DNA of 64,000 nt, taken from contig OZ244852.1 in NCBI GenBank assembly GCA_965220965.1, positions 768,001 to 832,000 of the forward strand, read 5' to 3'. The translations under genes and the position numbers were made by a program. Below are positions 21,006 to 29,434 of the stretch, piece by piece. The DNA is from Candidatus Marinacidobacterium sp. (GTDB taxonomy: Bacteria; Acidobacteriota; Vicinamibacteria; Marinacidobacterales; Marinacidobacteraceae). Each line of letters opens with the position of its first letter. Within the stretch, counting starts at the first letter, position 1. Under the pieces are notes generated by a model, which was given only the letters and a program-made list of their open reading frames with translations, did not search any database and was not told the origin of the DNA.

Positions 21006-23912
21006 ATGTCGCGCGCGGATCGCTCCTGGGCCGGCGCGGCCGCCGTCGCGGTGATGGTCGCGCCGCTGCTGGCGCCCGGCGCCGGCCTCGCCGGGGATCC
21101 GGCGACGACGGCGCGGGAGACCCTGGCCCGGCTGGATCTCGAGGCGAAGGTCGGCCAGCTCATCCTGCCGCGGGCCCCCGCCCGGTTCCTGAACACCGGG
21201 GATCCGGAGCTCGAGGCCCTGCTCGAGATGGCCCGGGAGGGACGGATCGGCGGCGCGGTGGTCTTCGCCGGCTCGCCCGAGGGCACGCTCTGGATGACGA
21301 CGGCGCTGCAGGCGGCCGCCCCGCTGCCCGCGCTCATCGCCGCCGACTTCGAGTGGGGCACCGCGATGCGGACCGAGGGGGGCGTCCGTTTTCCTCCGGC
21401 GATGCAGGCCGGCGCGTCTCCCGACCCGGCCGCCCAGGAGCGGCAGGGACGCATCGTGGCTCGCGAGGCGCGCGCTCTCGGCGTCCACCTGGTGCTCGCG
21501 CCGGTGCTCGATGTCCTCACGACGCCTGATAGCCGGGTCATCGGAACCCGCTCCTTCGGTTCGGACCCCGCGGTGGTCGCCGAGCTCGGGGCCGCATTCC
21601 TGCGGGGGGTCGAGGACGGCGGCGCGCTCGCGACCGCGAAGCACTTCCCCGGCCACGGCGGGACGGAAACGGACAGTCACCAGAGGCTCGCCACCGTGCT
21701 CGCCGATCGGGAAACGCTCGAGGCGCTTCACCTCGCGCCCTTCCGCGCCGCGGTGGACGCCGGCGTCTCGGCGGTCATGCCGGGCCATCTCGCGGTCCCG
21801 GCGCTCGACGGACGCGAAGACCGCCCGGCCATCCTGTCCCCCGAGGTCCTGGGCGGGCTGCTCCGGGAGGACATGGGCTTCGACGGGCTGATCGTCAGCG
21901 ACGCGCTCGAAATGGAGGGCGCCCGGAGCGGCCGCTTCGACGGCGAGGTCGCGGTCGAGACCCTCGCCGCCGGGATGGACGTGATCCTGGTGCCCGAGGA
22001 TCCGGTGGTGGCTCACCAGGCCATCGTGCGGGCGGTTCGACAGGGACGGCTCTCCGAGGCCCGGCTCGACGATGCGGTGCGCCGGGTGCTCGAGGCGAAG
22101 GCGCGGCTGGGCCTGTTCGAAGACCGGGAGCCCCCGCTCGGGCTCCACGAGGCGTTCGGCGCTCCGGCCGACCGCGACTTCGCGGCCGCGCAGTTCGCGC
22201 GCGGCCTCGTTCTGCTCGACGATCCGGGAGGGCTGCTGCCGTTCTCGACCCGGATCACCGGAAGCGGGTCGGAGACCCCCCGGCTGCTGCTGATCGAGCT
22301 GCATCGGGAGAGCGTCTATCCGGTGGACCGCCGTCCCTTCCGGAGGGAGCTCCGCCGCCGGGGGGCGCGCGCCGAGCGGATTCCGGTTGTGGGTCACGGC
22401 GCGCTGCCGTCCGAACGGCTTCAGGACGCCGCCGGCGAAGCGGACGCGGTCATCCTCGCCGACTTCCGGCGCACCGCGCTCTCCCCTCCGGAAGCGCTGG
22501 TCGAAGCGCTCGCGCCCTACGCCGGAAAGCTGGTCACCGTCTCGTTCGGCAATCCGCACGGCGCCCGCGGGTTTCCGCCGGAAGCGGCCATCGTCCTCGC
22601 CTGGGACAGCGCCCCGGCCGGCCAGCAGGCCGCCGCCGCCGCGCTGTTCGGGGAGGCGGCCTTCGAGGGGCGTCTGCCGCTGCCGCTCGACGAGCGGGCC
22701 GCGGGAGGGGGGATCATGCTCCCGGCGGAGCGGCAGACGCTCCGCCGGGTGGAGCCCGGGGAGGTCGGGATGAGCGCCGAAGGCCTGGAACGCGTCCGCG
22801 AGGTGGTTCGCGACGCGATCGCGGAACGCGTCACGCCGGGCGCGAGCGCGATCGTCGCGCGGCGCGGCGGGGTGGTCCTCCACGAAGGCTTCGGCCGGAC
22901 GACCTACGCCGCCGACGCCCCCGAGGTGACCCCGGACACCATCTACGACCTGGCCTCGCTGACGAAGGTGGTGGGGACCACCACGCTCGTGATGATGCTG
23001 GTGGAGCAGGGGAGGCTCGATCTGGAGTACCCGGTGAGCGCCTACATTCCGGAGTTCCTCGACCAGGCGCCCTCGGAGGAAGAGCGGGCGCGGCGGGAGC
23101 GGGTCACGGTGGCGGACCTGATGGTCCACGCCTCGGGTCTGCCCGCCTGGATCCAGTTCTACCTGGAGTTCGATCCGGAGGCCCGCGGCCTTCCCCTGCC
23201 GGAGGCGCGGCGGCGGGTGTTCGAGCGGATTCTGGGGGCCACCTCGGATTACGAGCCACGGACCGACACCGTGTACTCCGACAACGGGATCCTGCTCATG
23301 GGCGAGATCATCGAGCGCGTCGCCGGCATGGGGCTCGACGAGCTGGTCCAGGAGCGTCTCTTCGAGCCGCTCGGGATGGAGGACACCGGCTATCGGCCGC
23401 CCGCCGACCGCCTCTCCCGGATCGCCCCCACCGAGGACAACCCCTGGCGGCGCCGGGTCGTCCATGGGCAGGTGCACGACGAGAACACGGTCGTCCTCCA
23501 CGAAGTCGCGGCCCACGCCGGCCTGTTCAGCACGACCGGCGATCTGGCGGTCTTCCTGCAGATGCTCCTCAACGGCGGGTCGATGGGCGGCGAGCGCCTG
23601 CTCCAGGCCCGGACGATCGCGCGCTTCACCCGCCGGGCGGAGCTGGTCGAGGGGAGCAGCCGGGCGCTCGGCTGGGACACTCCCTCGCGCACCTCGTCGG
23701 GCGGGCCCTCTTCGGCGGGAGATCTCTTCTCGCGGTCATCCTTCGGCCACACCGGCTTCACCGGGACCTCGATCTGGGTCGACCCGGAGCGCGAGCTCTT
23801 CGCCGTGCTCCTCACGAACCGGGTTCACCCCACGCGCGAGAACGACGGGATCTTCCGGCTGCGGCCGGCGTTCCACGATGCGGTGATCCGCGCCGTGGTC
23901 GACGAGCCGTAG
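21006..23912 (+). CDS. GH3 beta-N-acetylglucosaminidase (NagZ) fused to a beta-lactamase-like serine hydrolase (AmiE-like)
   Basis: Signal peptide; APVLDV, RSFG.DP, KHFPGHG.T.TDSH, IVSDAL (NagZ); DLASLTK (SxxK), YSD, GQVHDEN, HAGLFS, FGHTGFTGTS.WVDP (AmiE-type). Confidence 0.92.
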   Translation: MSRADRSWAGAAAVAVMVAPLLAPGAGLAGDPATTARETLARLDLEAKVGQLILPRAPARFLNTGDPELEALLEMAREGRIGGAVVFAGSPEGTLWMTTALQAAAPLPALIAADFEWGTAMRTEGGVRFPPAMQAGASPDPAAQERQGRIVAREARALGVHLVLAPVLDVLTTPDSRVIGTRSFGSDPAVVAELGAAFLRGVEDGGALATAKHFPGHGGTETDSHQRLATVLADRETLEALHLAPFRAAVDAGVSAVMPGHLAVPALDGREDRPAILSPEVLGGLLREDMGFDGLIVSDALEMEGARSGRFDGEVAVETLAAGMDVILVPEDPVVAHQAIVRAVRQGRLSEARLDDAVRRVLEAKARLGLFEDREPPLGLHEAFGAPADRDFAAAQFARGLVLLDDPGGLLPFSTRITGSGSETPRLLLIELHRESVYPVDRRPFRRELRRRGARAERIPVVGHGALPSERLQDAAGEADAVILADFRRTALSPPEALVEALAPYAGKLVTVSFGNPHGARGFPPEAAIVLAWDSAPAGQQAAAAALFGEAAFEGRLPLPLDERAAGGGIMLPAERQTLRRVEPGEVGMSAEGLERVREVVRDAIAERVTPGASAIVARRGGVVLHEGFGRTTYAADAPEVTPDTIYDLASLTKVVGTTTLVMMLVEQGRLDLEYPVSAYIPEFLDQAPSEEERARRERVTVADLMVHASGLPAWIQFYLEFDPEARGLPLPEARRRVFERILGATSDYEPRTDTVYSDNGILLMGEIIERVAGMGLDELVQERLFEPLGMEDTGYRPPADRLSRIAPTEDNPWRRRVVHGQVHDENTVVLHEVAAHAGLFSTTGDLAVFLQMLLNGGSMGGERLLQARTIARFTRRAELVEGSSRALGWDTPSRTSSGGPSSAGDLFSRSSFGHTGFTGTSIWVDPERELFAVLLTNRVHPTRENDGIFRLRPAFHDAVIRAVVDEP

Positions 23913-24046
23913 GAATCGGGCGCCCGCCGGGCGGCCCGGCGCAACGGGCGGCCGATTCCCGTACACTCTCGCAATTCGGCGCGCCCCGGTGACCGGTCTC
24001 CGCCATTGAAGCGGGATCCCAGGAGGCGGCGCGGGGAGGTTTCTCA

Positions 24047-25198
24047 ATGACGAAGATGCGGAAGGCCGCGCCTGGAGCCGTGCTCCTGTTTCTGCTGGCG
24101 TTCGTCGGCTGTCAGGCCGGCGGCGGCTCGGTCGATGAAGGCGCCGACATGGACATGGCGTCCCCCGGGACACCGGTCGCGGATCCGTCGTGGCCGATGC
24201 TGCCGGACGACTGGCTGATGGGCGAGGTGTCCGGGATCGCGGTCGACATGAACGACCGCATCTGGGTCGTTCACCGGCCCCGGAGCCTGAACGCCGACGA
24301 GGCCGGGCTCATGCAGGATCCGCCGCTCACCCAGTGCTGCATCCCGGCGCCCCCGGTGCTCGTGTTCGACACCGACGGCAACCTGCTCGACAGTTGGGGC
24401 GACCACACCGGCTACGCCGGCGAGGGCTACGACTGGCCCGCCAGCGAGCACGGGATCTTCGTGGACCACAACATGAACGTGTGGCTCGCGGGGAACGGCC
24501 CGGACGACCACCAGGTCCTCAAGTTCAGCGCCGACGGCACGTTCCTGATGCAGATCGGCCAGCCCGGCCGCACCGAGGGGTCGAACAGCACGGAGTTCCT
24601 CGGGCAGCCGGCGGACATGGAGGTGGACCCGGCCACGAACGAGCTCTACATCGCCGACGGTTATCTGAACAAGCGGATCATCGTCTTCGACGCCGAGACC
24701 GGCGAGTACCGCCGCCACTGGGGCGCGTACGGGAACGAGCCCTCCGACGAGGACACCGGCCGCTTCGAGCCCGGCGCCGAGCCGATCTCCCAGTTCCGGA
24801 CGCCGGTCCATTCGGTCCGGATCGCGGACGACGGGATGGTCTATGTCGCGGACCGGGTGAACAACCGCATCCAGGTCTTCCAGAAGGACGGGACCTACGT
24901 GGACGAGATGATCGTGGAGGGCAACACCCTCGGCAACGGGTCCACCTGGGATCTGGAGCTCTCGCCGGACGAGGCGCAGTCCGAGCTCTACAACGCCGAC
25001 GGCGCGAACCAGCGGATCCACATCATCGACCGCCAGGCGCTCGAGGTGAAGAGCTACTTCGGGCGGCGCGGCCGCCACTCCGGCATGTTCCACTGGGTCC
25101 ATAACCTCGTGGTCGACTCGCAGGGGAACTTCTACACGGCCGAAGTGAGCCAGGGCCGCCGCGCCCAGAAGTTCGTCGTCACCGGAGGCGGCAACTAG
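24047..25198 (+). CDS. NHL-repeat beta-propeller lipoprotein (peptidyl-alpha-hydroxyglycine lyase-like)
   Basis: FVGC lipobox; WP..EHGIFVD, YIADGY.NKRI.VFD, VYVADR.NNRIQVF, H...VDSQGN.YTAEV repeats; GGAGG SD. Confidence 0.85.
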   Translation: MTKMRKAAPGAVLLFLLAFVGCQAGGGSVDEGADMDMASPGTPVADPSWPMLPDDWLMGEVSGIAVDMNDRIWVVHRPRSLNADEAGLMQDPPLTQCCIPAPPVLVFDTDGNLLDSWGDHTGYAGEGYDWPASEHGIFVDHNMNVWLAGNGPDDHQVLKFSADGTFLMQIGQPGRTEGSNSTEFLGQPADMEVDPATNELYIADGYLNKRIIVFDAETGEYRRHWGAYGNEPSDEDTGRFEPGAEPISQFRTPVHSVRIADDGMVYVADRVNNRIQVFQKDGTYVDEMIVEGNTLGNGSTWDLELSPDEAQSELYNADGANQRIHIIDRQALEVKSYFGRRGRHSGMFHWVHNLVVDSQGNFYTAEVSQGRRAQKFVVTGGGN

Positions 25199-25216
25199 CA
25201 GGCCAAACCGCTCCGC

Positions 25217-26551
25217 ATGATGCCGGCCGGAGGCCGCCGCTCCGGCCGGATCGTCGGCGCGCTCGCCGCGCTGGCGCTTCTCTGGGCGCCGGGGGCGCGG
25301 GCGCACGACATCCCGGACGAGGTCATCATCCCGGTCTTCGTCCGGGAGATCGGCGGCGAGCTCCAGCTTGTCGCGCGGATGCCGCTGCTCCTGCTCGCGG
25401 CGCTCAACACGCCCAAGTGGGGCGCCGGGTTCCTCGACCTCGAGCGCGCCGACCCGGCGCTTCGCCGGGCGGCCGAAGCGTTCGGCGCCGAGGCTCCCCT
25501 GTTCCGGGACGACGGCTCGCTCATCGAGCCCCGCGTCGTGGCGCAGCGCGTCGCGCTGCCCTGGGACCGGTCCTTTACCTCCTTCGAGGGGGCGCTCGAG
25601 ACGGTCGGCTCGGACCCGCTCCCGGTCGACACCCAGATCTTCTGGAATCAGGGGTTCCTCGACATCCATCTCGCCTATCCGGCGCCGGAGATCGGGGGCG
25701 TCTCGATGGAGTGCGGGGTGGCGCCGGGCTTCGGCGACCGGGTGGCGCTCGACGTGATCTACGAGACGCAGGCGGAGGACGGGACCTGGGAGGGCGATCT
25801 CTTCCACATCAGCGTGCGCGAGGGGCGGGTGGCGCTCGATCCCACCGCGTTCCAGGCGGTGCGCGCCTTCACCCGGTCCGGGGTGGAGCACATCCTGACC
25901 GGGTGGGACCACCTGCTGTTCCTGCTCTGTCTGATCGCCCCGTTCGGGAGCCTCCCGCACCTCCGTCGGCTGCTCATCATCGTGACCGGCTTCACGGTGG
26001 CGCACTCGGTGACGCTGGTCAGCGCCGCGCTCGGTTACGCGCCCGATCCGGCCTGGTTCCCGCCGCTGGTGGAGTCCGTGGTGGCGCTCTCGATCCTCTA
26101 CACGGCGGCCGAGAACCTGATCTCGGCGAGCGTCACCCGCCGGACCGTCCTCGCCTTCCTCTTCGGCCTCGCCCACGGGTTCGGGTTCGCCTTCGCGCTC
26201 GGGGAGTCGCTGGCGTTCGCCGGGGATCACATCCCGGTGGCGCTGTTCTCGTTCAACCTCGGAGTCGAGCTGGGGCAGGCGGCGGTGGTGGTGGCGGTGC
26301 TGCCCCTGCTTCACCTGCTGTCCCGGAGCGACCGCGCCCGGACCGCGGTGAACGCGGTCCTGTCGATCTTCGCCGGGCACGCCGCCTGGCATCTGCTCGG
26401 GCCCCGCGTGGAAGAGCTCTCCCGGGCCTGGATCCTCTCCGGCCAGCCGATGCCCGGGTGGTCGTGGCTGATCGCGCCGCTCGCGGTTGCCGGCGCCGCG
26501 AGCTGGGTCGTCGTGCTCCTCCGCCGCCGCGCCGACGACGCCGCCACCTAG
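25217..26551 (+). CDS. HupE/UreJ-family membrane protein with N-terminal periplasmic domain
   Basis: Signal ending ARA-HD; G.EHILTGWDHLLFL, TGFTVAHSVTL, FGLAHGFGFA, FNLGVELGQ. Confidence 0.9.
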   Translation: MMPAGGRRSGRIVGALAALALLWAPGARAHDIPDEVIIPVFVREIGGELQLVARMPLLLLAALNTPKWGAGFLDLERADPALRRAAEAFGAEAPLFRDDGSLIEPRVVAQRVALPWDRSFTSFEGALETVGSDPLPVDTQIFWNQGFLDIHLAYPAPEIGGVSMECGVAPGFGDRVALDVIYETQAEDGTWEGDLFHISVREGRVALDPTAFQAVRAFTRSGVEHILTGWDHLLFLLCLIAPFGSLPHLRRLLIIVTGFTVAHSVTLVSAALGYAPDPAWFPPLVESVVALSILYTAAENLISASVTRRTVLAFLFGLAHGFGFAFALGESLAFAGDHIPVALFSFNLGVELGQAAVVVAVLPLLHLLSRSDRARTAVNAVLSIFAGHAAWHLLGPRVEELSRAWILSGQPMPGWSWLIAPLAVAGAASWVVVLLRRRADDAAT

Positions 26552-26723
26552 GGAAGGAGCAACCGGCCGTCTCGGGCTCCAGCCCCGCCAGAGTCACCAC
26601 ACAGGACTCTCAACGTAGGCGAGGGTTCAGAGCCGCAACAAAGTTCGGTGTCTGTTCGGGACAGTTGGAATTGACGACCCCTTCCACGTGACGCTTGGCG
26701 ATTCGAGAGTGGTCTCCGCCGCG

Positions 26724-27100
26724 TGGCCGGGGGAGGGGCCCGGGGAGGGGGTTTCTGTGATTGTTGGCGCCGAGGCGTCACAGACGCCGCCCCGTCGCTC
26801 TTGCCGCGTAGTGTCGTGCCGCGTGGTGTCGTGGGGAGGGTTCGGGAGGGGTTTCCCCTCCCGAGAGAGAAAGACCGTTTCATCGTGACTTGGCGCGGAG
26901 CGCAAGTCGCGATGCCGGCCCGCAGGGCCGTGCGGTGGGAGCGACGGGGCGGATCAGGGAGAAGGTGATTGCTGGCGCCGAGGATCACAGACGCCGCCCC
27001 GTCGCTCCCACCGGATGGTTCAGGGGGTTTCCCCCTCCCCATATTGGTCCGTTCGAATCGGAACTTGGCGAAGCAAGTTCCGATTCCTGGCCCGGAGGGC
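26724..27100 (+). repeat. Two tandem units of the structured intergenic repeat (REP/REPIN-like mosaic)
   Basis: 43-44 nt direct repeats at 26757-26800 and 26965-27007; H1 at 26844 and 27022; H2 at 26881 and 27055; H3 at 26917 and 27090; 20-bp inverted repeat CGGTGGGAGCGACGGGGCGG (26933-26952) / CCGCCCCGTCGCTCCCACCG (26994-27013). Confidence 0.85.
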
Positions 27101-27134
27101 TTCGTTCCATGCCGCTGCTAGGATCCGCCGCGTC

Positions 27135-28208
27135 GTGACTGTCGCCACTTCCGCCCCGCCGTTTCCCGTTCAGCACGTGACGAGGTCCCGCGTGGCGGAG
27201 GTAGACCTTGCAAATGTTGCGTTCGGCTCGGTCTACAGCGATCACATGTTCTCGGCCGTCTGCCGGGACGGGTCGTGGGGCGAGGCCCGGATCGAGCCCT
27301 TCGGAGAGATCGGACTCCATCCGGCGACGGCCGTTCTCCACTACGCCCAGGCGATCTTCGAGGGCATGAAGGCCCACCTGACCGACGACGGAACGCCGGT
27401 GCTCTTCCGCCCCGAGGAGAACTGGAAGCGGATGAACCGCTCGGCCCGCCGCATGGTCATGACCGAGGTTCCCGAGGAGCTCTTCCTCGGCGGCATCCGC
27501 GAGCTCGTGAGCCTGGACCGCGGGTGGATTCCGCCGAACTCGGCGGGCGCGCTCTACATCCGGCCGTTCCTGTTCGCCGCCGATCCCTACATCGGCGTGC
27601 GCCCGGCGCGCGAGTACCGGTTCCACATCTTCACCGCCCCGGTGGGCGCCTACTACGAGGGCGCGGTGCGGCTCTACGTGACCCGTCGCTGGATCCGCGC
27701 GGCCGAGGGCGGCACCGGCGAGGCCAAGGCCGCGGGCAACTACTCAGCCTCCTACTACGGCATGTCCGAGGCCCAGGCGCACGGTTGCGACAACGTGATG
27801 TGGCTCGACTCGAAGGAGCACCGCTTCATCGAGGAGTGCGGCACCATGAACATGGTGTTCGTGATCGGGGGGCGCGTGGTCACGCCTCCGCTGAGCGGAA
27901 CGATCCTTCCGGGCATCACCCGCGACAGCCTGATCCGCCTGTGCCGGGACGAGATGGGTCTCGAGGTCGAGGAGCGGCCGGTCTCCATCGAAGAGGTTGT
28001 GGGAGCGCACGCCGACGGCTCGCTGACCGAGTGTTTCGGCGTGGGCACCGCGGCCGTCGTGACCCGGGTCGAGTTGCTGGTGGGCGACGGCATCGACGTG
28101 CGTCTGCCCGACGCTTCCGAGGTCCAGGACGGGCTGCGCGAGAGCCTGACGAGCCTGCGACTGGGTCGCCGTCCCGATCCCTACGGCTGGGTGGAGCGAC
28201 TGGACTGA
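27135..28208 (+). CDS. ilvE: Branched-chain amino acid aminotransferase
   Basis: FG.VYSDHMF, LHYAQAIFEGMKA, LFRP..N, LYIRPF, GGTGEAKAAGNY, E.GTMN, ILPGITRDS, GTAAVV. Confidence 0.95.
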   Translation: MTVATSAPPFPVQHVTRSRVAEVDLANVAFGSVYSDHMFSAVCRDGSWGEARIEPFGEIGLHPATAVLHYAQAIFEGMKAHLTDDGTPVLFRPEENWKRMNRSARRMVMTEVPEELFLGGIRELVSLDRGWIPPNSAGALYIRPFLFAADPYIGVRPAREYRFHIFTAPVGAYYEGAVRLYVTRRWIRAAEGGTGEAKAAGNYSASYYGMSEAQAHGCDNVMWLDSKEHRFIEECGTMNMVFVIGGRVVTPPLSGTILPGITRDSLIRLCRDEMGLEVEERPVSIEEVVGAHADGSLTECFGVGTAAVVTRVELLVGDGIDVRLPDASEVQDGLRESLTSLRLGRRPDPYGWVERLD

Positions 28209-29434
28209 CGGGCAGAGCTGCGGCGGCCGCGCTCGTGGTCGCCGGTCTGGCCGCCTGCGGCGAAGGTCGCAGCGCCGAGGTTCTCCCCGGCCTCGACCGG
28301 ATCGCCACCGAAGGCGCCGGCGAGCTGCGCGGTCTGCGCGTCGGTCTCATCACGAACCACACCGGGCGGACCCGGGGGGGGCGGCCGGCGGCGCTGGTGC
28401 TTCGCGAAGCCGGCGTCGATGTCCGGTCGCTGTTCAGTCCCGAGCACGGATTCACCGGGGCCGCCGCCGCCGGCGTGGAGGTGGCGTCCGGAGTGGACGG
28501 GTCGTCCGGCCTTCGGGTCTTCAGCCTCTACGGCGCCGACCGGTCCCCGCAGCCGGATCAGCTCGAGGGGCTCGACGCCCTGGTCTTTGACATCCAGGAC
28601 ATCGGCGTCCGCTTCTACACCTACATCTCCACCATGCGCAACTCGCTCCTGGCGGCGCACGGCGCCGGCCTGGAGTTCTTCGTGCTGGATCGTCCGAACC
28701 CGAACCGGGGCGACCGGGTGGAGGGACCGATGCTGGATCCGCAGTTCCGGTCCTTCGTCGGCACCGATCGCATTCCGCTGCTCCACGGGATGACCGCGGG
28801 GGAACTCGCGCGACTGTTCGCCGCCCGCGAGGGCGCGGAGGCGCGGGTGGTTCCGGTCGCGAACCTGACCCGCGCCACGCGCTGGGAAGACACCGGGCTG
28901 CCGTGGCGCGCGCCCTCCCCGAACATACCGACGCTCGAGACCGCGCTGGCGTACCCGGGTTTCGGGCTGTTCGAGGGGACGAACCTGTCGGAGGGAAGGG
29001 GAACCGCCGCGCCCTTCCGGCTCATCGGGGCCCCCTGGGTCGACGCCGAGGGGTGGCTCGCCGGGCTGGGGTCCGGTCTCGGCGGGGTGCGGCTGGTCCC
29101 GGCCCGCTTCATTGCCCGACCGGTTCCCGCGGCCCCGAACCCCCGCTTCCCTGAAGTGGAGTCCGCCGGGCTGAGGATCGAGGTGACCGACCCGGGCGCG
29201 TTCCGTCCGGTGCGCGCCGGAATTCTGGCGATCGAGGCGGTCCGGGCGGCGCACCCGGAGGAATTCGAGTTCCGGCGATCGGGGGATGGTTACTGGCTGG
29301 ATCTGTTGCTCGGCACGGACCGGATCCGGCGCGGCATGGAAGAGGGCGTGGCCGCCAGCGATCTCCTGGACGCGGAGGCGGCCGCCGTCGCCGCGTTCCT
29401 CGAGGAGCGCCGTCCGCATCTCCTCTACCCGTGA
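28205..29434 (+). CDS. namZ: Exo-beta-N-acetylmuramidase NamZ (YbbC/DUF1343) lipoprotein
   Basis: GLITNHTG, FSPEHG, SLYG, FDIQDIGVRFYTYIST, VLDRPNP, HGMT.GELA, PSPNIPT, SEGRGT; LAAC lipobox. Start uncertain (CTG at 28205 proposed). Confidence 0.9.
   Translation: MTGRAAAAALVVAGLAACGEGRSAEVLPGLDRIATEGAGELRGLRVGLITNHTGRTRGGRPAALVLREAGVDVRSLFSPEHGFTGAAAAGVEVASGVDGSSGLRVFSLYGADRSPQPDQLEGLDALVFDIQDIGVRFYTYISTMRNSLLAAHGAGLEFFVLDRPNPNRGDRVEGPMLDPQFRSFVGTDRIPLLHGMTAGELARLFAAREGAEARVVPVANLTRATRWEDTGLPWRAPSPNIPTLETALAYPGFGLFEGTNLSEGRGTAAPFRLIGAPWVDAEGWLAGLGSGLGGVRLVPARFIARPVPAAPNPRFPEVESAGLRIEVTDPGAFRPVRAGILAIEAVRAAHPEEFEFRRSGDGYWLDLLLGTDRIRRGMEEGVAASDLLDAEAAAVAAFLEERRPHLLYP

Noticed and set aside
26724-27100. 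Repeat array as a CRISPR array or integron attC sites
   Set aside because: Repeats are degenerate, modular and irregularly spaced, with no unique equal-length spacers and no cas genes. H2 has AAC..GTT but is too short, lacks RYYYAAC/GTTRRRY and L boxes, and flanks housekeeping genes.
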